A stretch of 64,000 bases of DNA from an uncultured Pseudomonadota bacterium. Lineage in GTDB: Bacteria > Myxococcota_A > Polyangia > Fen-1088. Below are positions 17,840 to 26,647 of the stretch, one piece after another (position 1 is the stretch's first letter; the number at the start of each line of letters is the position of its first letter). The notes under the pieces were generated by a model, which ran no database searches, had not been told where the DNA came from, and saw only the letters and a list, made by a program, of their open reading frames with translations. Location of the stretch: the NCBI GenBank assembly GCA_963847705.1, contig CAWKBC010000040.1, positions 32,001 to 96,000 on the forward strand, given 5' to 3'. A program made the position numbers and the translations under genes.

Positions 17840-19861
17840 ATGATCGTCAAGAAGGTCCCCACGTCCAAGCACGCCCCGGCCAAGAGCAAGGCCCACAACG
17901 TGCGCGCCCTCGCCGACTACATCGCCGGCCCCAAGGCCGGCGGCGCCGGTGAGAAGGTGGAGCACCGCGGGGCTCTGAACCTCCTCAACCTCGATCACGA
18001 GGGACAGGTGCAGGAGATGATCGACCTCGCCGAGACGGCCAAGCGCAGCCCGCAGCCGGTGCAGCACTGGATCATGAGCTGGCGGGAGGGGGAGCAGCCG
18101 ACGTCGGCCCAGGCCGATCAGGCGGCCAGGATGTTCCTGGACGAGATGGGCTTGGCCGGCCACCAGGCGCTCTATGGATTGCACCGCGACACGGAGAACT
18201 GGCACCTCCACCTGGCCGTCAACCGCGTCCACCCCGAGACGGAGAAGCTCGTCACCGTCAACAACGGCTTCGACCACGAGGTCGCCCACCGGGCGATCGC
18301 TCGCATCGAGCACGCGCAGGGGTGGCAGAGGGAGGAGCGCGGCCTGTTCCAGATGCGGGAGGACGGGCGCGTTGAGCGCGCACGTCCGCGCGACGAGCAA
18401 GAACGCAAGCCATCCGTTCGAGCCCGCGATTTCGAAGAGCGGGTGGGCGCCCGGAGCGCCGAGCGTGTGGCCATCGAGGACGGAGCGCCCGCCATCCGCG
18501 CGGCCGGGAGTTGGCGGGAAATGCACGAGGCCCTGGCCGAGAAGGGGATGCGCCTCGAGAGGAAGGGCTCAGGCGCGATTCTGTGGATCGGCGATCAACC
18601 GGTGAAGGCGAGCAGCGCCGGCCGCGACTGTTCCATGTCGGCGCTCCAGAAGCGTCTGGGCGAGTTTCAACCTGCGAGGGATACCGCGCGCGTGATGACA
18701 CGCACCCGAGCCCCCGAGCCGATCATGCCCAGCGCCCCCGGCTGGAAGCAGTACACCGACGCACGACGACAGCACTACCTGGAGCGTTCCCGCAGACGGG
18801 AACGGCAGATGGAGCAGCAGAGGAAGGGTCGGGAACGCATGGCCGCTCGTCATCGGCAAGAGCGAGCAGACATCTTTCGCGGATCCTGGAAGGGACGGGG
18901 CGCTCTCCTCAACGCGACCAGGAATCTGCTCGCCGGTCGTCAAGCGCAGGAAAAGGCCGAGCAGCTTGATCGCCAAAGGCTGGAGCGCGGGGTACCGGAC
19001 AAGGACCGGGGACGGTTCCCGAGCTACGAAGAATGGCTTCACCAAAGGGATCACGGGCTCGCGCAGGGGTGGCGACATCGAGAACGACGGCCGCCTGGCA
19101 TAGAGGGGCCGACGTTCGTGCGGCCCGCGCCCCAAGATATCCGCGCGTTCGCCCCGGTCGTCGAAGGTTGGCACGTCCACTATCGTCGCGTCGGCGAGCG
19201 CGGCTCCCCTGCCTTCACAGACCGGGGTAAGGAGATCGACATCTACGACAGCAACCGACGGGAAAGCGTCCTCGCCGCCCTCCAGTTGAGCGCCCAGAAG
19301 TGGGGCGCGTTCACCATTCGCGGAAACGAGCGGTTCCGGAGCATGTGCGTCGAGTTGGCAGCAGAGCACGGCTTCAAGATCGCGAACCCGGAGCTCCAGC
19401 AAGCCATCGTCGCCGAGCGGAAACGGATTCGGACACGTGGAAGAGAGCGCACGACGGCGCCTGTGCGCCGCGCGGTCGAGATCGTGGCGACTCGGACGCC
19501 AGCGGACGTCTATCGGCGTCACCTGGCGGATGTCACCCGGGAGCGCCCGGGTCAGCCCGTCGACCCCTCGCGGGTCGATACCGAGATCGCTGTTCGCATG
19601 CGTCTTGCGGGCCATCGCCGGGGCGAAATCGAGCGAGCGATCAGAGAGGCCGTACCGGCAGATCGGCGCGGCGAGACGCGCGATTGGGATGTTTACGCGA
19701 AGCGCACGGTGGCAGTCGCCTTCGGTATTCCTGGGGACCGCCTATCTGAGCACCTCAGACGGCAGCACGACCGATTCCGCCGCCTCCAAGAGCGCCATCG
19801 CGAAGAGCCCGAACGCCTACCGCCTGGCGATCCATTCTCCCGCTCTGGACCCGAACGCTAA
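17840..19861 (+). CDS. mobA: MOB_P relaxase MobA with LPD7-like and RepB'-C-terminal-like regions
   Basis: LADYI, HWIMSWREGE, HRDTENWHLHLAVNR; FTDRGKEI...AQKWG; DPSRVDTEIAVRMRLAGH. Confidence 0.92.
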   Translation: MIVKKVPTSKHAPAKSKAHNVRALADYIAGPKAGGAGEKVEHRGALNLLNLDHEGQVQEMIDLAETAKRSPQPVQHWIMSWREGEQPTSAQADQAARMFLDEMGLAGHQALYGLHRDTENWHLHLAVNRVHPETEKLVTVNNGFDHEVAHRAIARIEHAQGWQREERGLFQMREDGRVERARPRDEQERKPSVRARDFEERVGARSAERVAIEDGAPAIRAAGSWREMHEALAEKGMRLERKGSGAILWIGDQPVKASSAGRDCSMSALQKRLGEFQPARDTARVMTRTRAPEPIMPSAPGWKQYTDARRQHYLERSRRRERQMEQQRKGRERMAARHRQERADIFRGSWKGRGALLNATRNLLAGRQAQEKAEQLDRQRLERGVPDKDRGRFPSYEEWLHQRDHGLAQGWRHRERRPPGIEGPTFVRPAPQDIRAFAPVVEGWHVHYRRVGERGSPAFTDRGKEIDIYDSNRRESVLAALQLSAQKWGAFTIRGNERFRSMCVELAAEHGFKIANPELQQAIVAERKRIRTRGRERTTAPVRRAVEIVATRTPADVYRRHLADVTRERPGQPVDPSRVDTEIAVRMRLAGHRRGEIERAIREAVPADRRGETRDWDVYAKRTVAVAFGIPGDRLSEHLRRQHDRFRRLQERHREEPERLPPGDPFSRSGPER

Positions 19862-20257
19862 CGGAGTGCCGCGGGCCATGGCGGGTCTAGATCGCACCGG
19901 CGCGCGGCCGGGTCTCAGATTCGAAAGCCGATGGTTCCGTCCTGCCTGACGCGCAGCTCTTGGCGTACTCGCTTCGCACAGTGCTTGAGTCCGACGACTC
20001 AGGAGCTGCACCTCGACTACCAATCTACCGGGACGCGGCTTGGCGGCAGTCTGGATGCGCCTATTTGGCGCGGTTCAGGTCGAGGCTCCGGTAACCGGCT
20101 CCCATCCGTGATCTAGGGGGTCGAAATCCGGACACCTCGACCCCGGACCGGCAAGCCGATGCGATAACGCGCCGAGTTATGTTGGCGAGCGACGCATCAG
20201 TGTTGCTTCGACGTCTACAAAGCCGCTGGTCAGACTCGCAGTCCCGCCTTCCAAGAG

Positions 20258-20273
20258 TGGCACCGGGGATGCA
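20258..20273 (+). promoter_or_regulatory. Putative sigma-54 promoter upstream of the small ORF + phosphoesterase operon
   Basis: TGGCACCGGGGATGCA, GG-N10-GC. Confidence 0.45.
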
Positions 20274-20450
20274 ACGGCATGCTAGGGAATAAAGTGCCAC
20301 GAGTTGTCGTTCAAAAACTTGAACCGTCCAGCTGCACCGGATGTACTCTCTGGGGCGTGCAGGATGGGTGTAGGCGATTTTGGAGAGCGTCGCTAGGTTG
20401 CTACCGTGCGTCGTTCGACAGCAGGCGTGAGGCGCCCGAGGAGGGCAAAG

Positions 20451-20648
20451 ATGGCCGAGAAAGCTGACGAGACGAGGCCGCTGCCCCCGACTTCCGGGCA
20501 GAGAGCTACCGACGAGGCGTTTCGCGAACCAACTGTGGAGCGAGTTGTCCTTGGCCGAAGCATCACATACCGCGCAGACGCCGCGATCGCCGCAAGCCGA
20601 GTTGTCGAACGTGTACTGGCCCGAATAGCAGCATCCACGGACGAGTAG
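20451..20648 (+). CDS. Small hypothetical protein (65 aa)
   Basis: GAGGAGG RBS before ATG; ends 17 nt before the phosphoesterase gene. Confidence 0.6.
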   Translation: MAEKADETRPLPPTSGQRATDEAFREPTVERVVLGRSITYRADAAIAASRVVERVLARIAASTDE

Positions 20649-20665
20649 GCGCTTAGCCCTCGCCC

Positions 20666-23086
20666 GTGAAGATCCTCCATATCTCTGACCTGCACGTAAC
20701 ACCACCGAACAAGAGTCTACGTCAGGTCTGGTCACCCGCGGCAGCGGAGCTCTCGCGGGGAGGCCACGAATCCTTTGATTTCGTGGTCGTAAGCGGTGAC
20801 CTCAGTCAGCAGGCCCAGAAGAGCGAGTACGATGCCCTTCTGAAGTTCTCTCGGGACTACCTGGTGCCACTGGTCTCGAATGAAGTGACCCGTGTTGTCT
20901 TCGTCCCAGGAAATCACGATGTGGACTGGACCGCAGAGTTCGCCGAGCCGGTTCAGATGTCCCATATCAAGGATCGGGCAGACCTAGAGCAACTCGAGAA
21001 GACCTTCAAGGCGGTCAGCAAGTCGCCTCAGGACTGTGGTCACCGCGTTGCGCTCAGCCGGTTCGGACACCTTGAACTTCTCAAGATTGATCCAACTGCC
21101 TACAGGAACCGGTTAACAACGGCCCAGGCGTTCCTAGATGCCTTCTATGATGGCTCATTAACGAAGCCGACAGGTGTGTCAAAGCATTTTGAACTCATGG
21201 CCGATCCCATCGAAGGGAAGGATTGGTCCGCTCACGTGTTTCCAAGTTCCAATGTGGCGTTTTTCGGACTTAATTCCTGCCATCTAAACGATACGTACTG
21301 GCACGGCGCGCACTTTAACCCGGAAGCGCTTGCGAACGTGACATCGCGTGTTGCCTCGTTGAAACGTCTCCACAAAGACATGCAATTCGTTGCGGTTTGG
21401 CATCATGGATTTGTCTCCGAAAGGGGAAGGCCTGACCGCCTGACGCTGGAAGACATCGGCGACCTCCTCAATGCAGGCTTCGTCGCGGGCTTCCATGGGC
21501 ATACCCACAAAGCTGACCAGCAGATCGTCGACCTGCTCCGGACTCGAATTGCAATCATTTCCACCGGGTCTCTTGGCGCCGGTGCGAGCGAACGACCCGG
21601 AGCGGTCGGCAATCAGTTTTCTATTGTGACTTTAAAGCCGGGCAGAATTCGCTCTGACGTCTTCTCACTGGATGACCAAAACAAACAGTACTCTGGCGGA
21701 CATCACAGATCGTTCTCGATTTCGCCGCGCGACCGGATTCGCATTTCTGAAGTTGCTGTCGCCACTCACGAACGAACTTGGACGGTCCGCGAAGATGGAA
21801 TTTCCCAGGTGTCGGTCAAGCTGACCACTGTGCGAACGGATGACCGCGTTGTTCTCGCTCAATTGTGTCCTCCTTTCTGCAATACGCTTTTCGACAAGCA
21901 AGCCGTCGTCGACCGGGGATATCTACCGGTTAGTGAGACCGTAATGGCCGATGGAAAGATTCGTTACACAGTATCGCCGCCGGCGACATCCTACGACGAT
22001 CTCTCCTGGCAGTACTCCGTTTCGAACGCGATCGCCCTGACCCAAGCAGACCTGTCTATTGTGCCCAATCGGCCGTCGCTGTTTCCGAATCTCCCGCAGC
22101 GATTCGAGACTCGAGGACACACCGTAAAGATGGAGACCGAACGCCTCATCTTGAGGATCGTCCTTCCGAGTCCCTATTCAGCCGTCGAGAAGGTTGGAGT
22201 GCAGGTCGAGAAGCAGATTACCGTCGCTGACGAAATCCATTGGGAGCGGGTGCCGTCCGAAGAACGCCGATGTACGATTGAAACCACGAAAGAGGTTCTA
22301 GAGTTGGCAGTTAGCTACCCGGTCGTCGGCTATCGATACAGCATCATCTACATACCGCCGACCGTGGGTGAGCCGCTGAGGCGCGCTGTATTGCAATTAG
22401 GTGGCCGTCTGATTGAGCAGTGCCGGTTGCGGGTTCGAAGCGACGCTAACCGTTCCCTTTCGTCAGCTCTTCAATCTGCAGTTCGAGACGTCTTCAGCGG
22501 AGTTTTCTCGGACGTTGTCCCAGAGAATGGGGCCGCCGAGCTCTTGCTTGGGGAGGAGGACGGCTGGATTGCTCACGTCTGGGACCACAGAGATCGTACG
22601 CTATATCCGATCTTTGGGCAGTTCAGCCCGCGCGCGTGGGGAAGAACCTTCCGTGCAGGGAATGGCGTCGCCGGGCACGCGTTTCGATTTGCGAAGGCCG
22701 CCTTTTGGTATCTCGGCGACGAAGGAATCGGCTCGTGCGTTTACGAACAGGCCGTCCGAACGAACTGTGAGTGGATTTTAGCAATTCCGATCCAAGTCAA
22801 GCCCCAAGGGGCGGCGATCGCCGTGGTGTCGTTCTCCGGTACTGCCAGCGCGCACCCTCTCAATCGACGTCTGTTTAGCCTCGTCCAACATCTGTCGGCA
22901 AAGAGCGATGGAGAGCCTGGCCTGTCAAGCAAAGATCAGGACGACCTCGATTCTCTGGCAACCCAACTGAATGTTTCATTCTGGCAGCTGCTCGAAAAGG
23001 GCGCCTGGCTGCAGCCTGCCGATCGTCGATATGCGCGTGAAATCGTGTCTGCCTTTGCGCCTACGTTATCTAATCCAAGTAATTGA
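20666..23086 (+). CDS. Calcineurin-like metallophosphoesterase fused to beta-rich domain and C-terminal GAF-like domain
   Basis: SDLH, SGDL, PGNHD, WHH, HGHTH; C-terminal GNGVAGHAF...ILAIPI...AVVSF. Confidence 0.85.
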   Translation: MKILHISDLHVTPPNKSLRQVWSPAAAELSRGGHESFDFVVVSGDLSQQAQKSEYDALLKFSRDYLVPLVSNEVTRVVFVPGNHDVDWTAEFAEPVQMSHIKDRADLEQLEKTFKAVSKSPQDCGHRVALSRFGHLELLKIDPTAYRNRLTTAQAFLDAFYDGSLTKPTGVSKHFELMADPIEGKDWSAHVFPSSNVAFFGLNSCHLNDTYWHGAHFNPEALANVTSRVASLKRLHKDMQFVAVWHHGFVSERGRPDRLTLEDIGDLLNAGFVAGFHGHTHKADQQIVDLLRTRIAIISTGSLGAGASERPGAVGNQFSIVTLKPGRIRSDVFSLDDQNKQYSGGHHRSFSISPRDRIRISEVAVATHERTWTVREDGISQVSVKLTTVRTDDRVVLAQLCPPFCNTLFDKQAVVDRGYLPVSETVMADGKIRYTVSPPATSYDDLSWQYSVSNAIALTQADLSIVPNRPSLFPNLPQRFETRGHTVKMETERLILRIVLPSPYSAVEKVGVQVEKQITVADEIHWERVPSEERRCTIETTKEVLELAVSYPVVGYRYSIIYIPPTVGEPLRRAVLQLGGRLIEQCRLRVRSDANRSLSSALQSAVRDVFSGVFSDVVPENGAAELLLGEEDGWIAHVWDHRDRTLYPIFGQFSPRAWGRTFRAGNGVAGHAFRFAKAAFWYLGDEGIGSCVYEQAVRTNCEWILAIPIQVKPQGAAIAVVSFSGTASAHPLNRRLFSLVQHLSAKSDGEPGLSSKDQDDLDSLATQLNVSFWQLLEKGAWLQPADRRYAREIVSAFAPTLSNPSN

Positions 23087-23189
23087 GTGCTGCCCGAGCA
23101 TGGTATCGAGCCGGCGCCGGAGCGGAAGCGACAGTATTCGGGGGCGGCGTTCATCAAGGCGCACCTGGACGACAGCGTCTCGGAACCCT

Positions 23190-24365
23190 TCACCTCGCAC
23201 GGAGTCGCCTTTCCGAGGTCTCCACCACCTCGAACAATCCGACGGCTTCCCAGGCGCGGTTACGCTTTCCTGCGTTGACTCGCTTGATCACGCCGGCTTC
23301 CTCAAGCTGAATCATGGCCAGACGGGCCGCCTGGTTCGAGACACTGGCGATTTTCTCCGCGGCTCCGACGTCGAGGATTGGGTGTCCTGGTAAGGCCTCG
23401 ATGAGCTTGTCGGCGGCTGAACCCGAGCGGGGCCGACCGACCGCTTCTCGCCACTGCGTGCGTAATCGGTCGATCGCCGACGCCAGTCTGCCCGCCTCGT
23501 CAGCCGCCGTTCGGACTGCCGCCGAAAATACTCCGCACCACTCAGCCACTTTTCCCGCCCGGAAGGCCACCAGTCCCCGAACATAGGCCTTCGCGTTAGC
23601 CCCGAGCACCAGGCTCACCGGCGGGACGAACCCAGGAGTCAGACCTCGGCGGCGCAGGACGGCGTGGATGAGGCAGCGACCCACACGACCGTTTCCGTCC
23701 GCGAACGGATGGATCGTCTCGAACTGGGCGTGGACGATCGCCGCCTGGATGACCGCGGGCAGGTCGTCTCGGGACGCGAAGATGCAGAGATCGGCCACCA
23801 AGCTAGGGACTCGATCCTCTGGCGGCGGGATGAAGTCTGCGTGTTCCGGCGTACTCCCGCCTCCGATCCAGCCCTGGGCCGTCCGAAGCTTTCCGCCAAG
23901 GTGCCGATCGGGCGTGGCCTCGAGCAGTATCCGGTGGACGTTTAGGACGTCGCGAGTCGCGAGCGGTTTGCTTCGACTTCCGAGCGCGACAGCTGCTTCC
24001 ATCGCCGCGACGTTTCCCAAAACAGAGTCAGCCGTCAGGTCCTTGTGGGTCCGGCCAAAGTCGGCCCGGGCGAGGCGCCGGTGTGAGATCTCGAGACCCT
24101 CGATCCGTGACGAGGCAACCGATTCGGCGCGAAGAAGCTGCCGCCCAAGCGCTTCCCAAGAGACTCCGCCGGGTGGTTGAGCTCCGAGCTGCCGCACAGC
24201 CGTCGTCGCGGCCTCGGCCGCTTCGGCGACATCCGCCGGAATCGCCAGGTCTAGCTCGCCGATTTCGTCAGGGACGAAGGCCTCGTAGTAGAAGCCGCTT
24301 CGCGACTTTCGACCTCCGAACGCCTCCAGGTCCGCCCGCCAGTGGCGCTTCACGAGCGTCGGCAT
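23190..24365 (-). CDS. Fic-family protein
   Basis: ESVASSRIEG, HPFADGNGRVGR, C-terminal wHTH-like region. Confidence 0.93.
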   Translation of the reverse strand: MPTLVKRHWRADLEAFGGRKSRSGFYYEAFVPDEIGELDLAIPADVAEAAEAATTAVRQLGAQPPGGVSWEALGRQLLRAESVASSRIEGLEISHRRLARADFGRTHKDLTADSVLGNVAAMEAAVALGSRSKPLATRDVLNVHRILLEATPDRHLGGKLRTAQGWIGGGSTPEHADFIPPPEDRVPSLVADLCIFASRDDLPAVIQAAIVHAQFETIHPFADGNGRVGRCLIHAVLRRRGLTPGFVPPVSLVLGANAKAYVRGLVAFRAGKVAEWCGVFSAAVRTAADEAGRLASAIDRLRTQWREAVGRPRSGSAADKLIEALPGHPILDVGAAEKIASVSNQAARLAMIQLEEAGVIKRVNAGKRNRAWEAVGLFEVVETSERRLRAR

Positions 24366-24406
24366 CGCTGGATCAAGATACCGTCGAACCTTTGCTTCGG
24401 CAAGGC

Positions 24407-24440
24407 TATGTCAAATCATGTCGACATAACATTTGATATA
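24407..24440. promoter_or_regulatory. AT-rich nested palindrome between fic and divergent gene
   Basis: TATGTCAAAT..ATGTCGACAT..ATTTGATATA. Confidence 0.45.
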
Positions 24441-24454
24441 CTCTTCGCGAGGAC

Positions 24455-24916
24455 ATGGATATGTCGGACTCAGAATCAGATGTCGATCAGCGTCCAGCCG
24501 CTCAGGAGTTGTTCGCGAATCTGAAAGGCGCGCTGCCCGACCTAAAGGCGCTCCTCGAGAAGTGCGGCAGCCACTGGGGCTACGAGGATCCTGTGTATCG
24601 ATTCTATCACCACAGCTTCAAGGTCTATCGTCTCTAGGAGACCACGGCCGAGATCGTAAAGGCACTCCAGACCCTGGCGCCAGGGCGGGAGCTCCACGAC
24701 GAGTTCATGCGGATCGTTCGAGAAGGCACCGGGAAGGCGTTCGCGCTCGAGCACAACGCGGTCTGGCTGGAAACGACGCGTCCGATCCTGGAGGCCTTCT
24801 TCCATGCCCGCTTCTTCCTCGAGATGGCGGTCCGATACGGCGAGGGACTGGAGTCACCGCCGAACCTGCTGCCAAGTGGCTGGGCCGCGCTACTCTATCT
24901 CTACGACTTGCGCTGA
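24455..24916 (+). pseudogene. Hypothetical gene with an in-frame TAG at 24635-24637
   Basis: ORFs 24455-24637 and 24707-24916 share one frame: ...HHSFKVYRL*ETTAEIV... Confidence 0.7.
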
Positions 24917-26379
24917 CGACCCGGCCAGCGCTGTTCGATGGTGCGCTTTAGTCCGGGGCTCTTGCGGACCCGACGCCAGAGGGTGACACGCGTTGTTCGT
25001 GAATACGCAGCGACGTCGCCGCGGTTGCCGTGGAACCTTTCGAACAATGCCAGGATCTGTTCGTCCGTGAGTTTGGTGTGGGCCGTCGACCTGCCCCTGA
25101 CGATCGATGCATCATTCTGACTAGAACCAGAAGCGTGGCCAGCCAGAAACTTCTTCACAACTCGGTGGGTGTCGTACGGGGGATCGGTCGCCTTGTGGAG
25201 AAGGTTTCGCGCCAGACCGAGGAGGTCCCGAGCATTCGCGGGGAGCGGGGATAAAGCCACGGCCGCGACGTCGCGCGCCAAAAGCCATGGGCGGGACAAC
25301 GGGCGATCATCAAGGAAGCGTTGAAATTCCGCGGCGTCTCCCGCCTCATTTCGCAGGAAGTGCACGAGCAGGCAGCCGACATCTTCCCGTCGCTCCCGTA
25401 GTGGCGCAAGAGCTATAGAAACGGCGCTTTCGAGCCGGTTGTTGAGCGTGCGCTCGAATCGCTCTTCTTTGACCCACTCTTTCAGCTTGCGGTCGGTGGC
25501 GGCTACGACACGAACGTCGACCCTTTCAGGCTTGGAAGTTCCCAGCGGCAGTATCTCGTGATCGTCGAGGACCCGGAGCAGCATGGGTTGAACTTCACTG
25601 GTCAAATGGCCGATTTCATCGAGGAAGATCGTCCCACCGGCAGCCGAGCGAAAATGGCCGGGTACGTCCGCGGTCGCTCCTGTGAATGCCCCCTTCCTGT
25701 GACCGAACAACTCAGCACGGGCCTGTCCGGCTTCCAAAGTGGCCATGTTGACGGGAACGAACGGTCCCTTGGCCCGAGGTCCGGCCTCGTGCAGGGCGCG
25801 GGCGGCAAGCTCCTTTCCGGTTCCACTCTCCCCCTGCAGGAGAACAAACGTGTCGTTTCTCGCAGCGCGCAGGACCGATCGCCGAAGCTCCTCAATAGCG
25901 TCGCTGGTCCCGAGGAGACCAGACACCGCGGACCGAGTGATCGGTGGGTGAACTAAGTGCAAGCAGAACACGAAATGCCGCCCGACCGTGATCACCACTC
26001 CGGCGCGCACCTCTTCGGGTGACAGATTGCGGGAACCTGCGAGAGGCTCGAGGTTTACCTGGACTTCGATCCCCGGGTCGCACCGTTCAAGTTTGAATCC
26101 CTTCTCATAGCGGATGGCGAGAGCAGGAGCCTCACGGCGACCGATTGCAGGGTGGGCGAGCGGTTGCCCCTCGTCCAGTCCCGGCACGAGAAAATCCGGC
26201 TCGGATCTGCTGAGGTGCACAACTCCCGAGCCCACGATCAGCGTCTCTAACAGCGCGATCTGGCCGACGCGCTCGAGGTTTGGGTGCCAGACGATTGTCA
26301 ACGCCGGGAAGGCGAACAGCGGTCCGGAGTTGGACGGATCGCTTGGACCAAACCTGAGCGTCGCTTCGTCATCAACCAT
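24901..26379 (-). CDS. Sigma-54 enhancer-binding protein, myxobacterial type with FHA-like N-terminus
   Basis: [31 protein letters not shown]-terminal HTH. Confidence 0.92.
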   Translation of the reverse strand: MVDDEATLRFGPSDPSNSGPLFAFPALTIVWHPNLERVGQIALLETLIVGSGVVHLSRSEPDFLVPGLDEGQPLAHPAIGRREAPALAIRYEKGFKLERCDPGIEVQVNLEPLAGSRNLSPEEVRAGVVITVGRHFVFCLHLVHPPITRSAVSGLLGTSDAIEELRRSVLRAARNDTFVLLQGESGTGKELAARALHEAGPRAKGPFVPVNMATLEAGQARAELFGHRKGAFTGATADVPGHFRSAAGGTIFLDEIGHLTSEVQPMLLRVLDDHEILPLGTSKPERVDVRVVAATDRKLKEWVKEERFERTLNNRLESAVSIALAPLRERREDVGCLLVHFLRNEAGDAAEFQRFLDDRPLSRPWLLARDVAAVALSPLPANARDLLGLARNLLHKATDPPYDTHRVVKKFLAGHASGSSQNDASIVRGRSTAHTKLTDEQILALFERFHGNRGDVAAYSRTTRVTLWRRVRKSPGLKRTIEQRWPGRQRKS

Positions 26380-26647
26380 GCGGCTCTCCTGACGGCACCA
26401 TCCACGGACGGTTCCCCTCCACTATATCGGCTCCTGGGCGGGACGCAGCGAAATGGTCCGACTACAACGAGGCTGGCGATGGGGGCGGATGCGCAGTCCA
26501 ATGTGGTCGGAGTCGAAACGACTGAAGCGAGCGCAGGACTGGCCAGCATTCCCTCTACCGGGAACGTAGGCCGGAAGAACGCGGCACCTCGCGCGGAGTT
26601 GCGACTTTGCGAATCGCCGGGTGGCGCCACGCGGCTAGAATCCGACC

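Noticed and set aside
20359-20368. Second GCAGGATGGG, identical to the nic region
   Set aside because: 10-nt match without the adjacent inverted repeat or mob context; compatible with chance
24635-24637. Pyrrolysine or readthrough at the TAG
   Set aside because: No pyl genes or suppressor tRNA in the window; a point mutation is simpler
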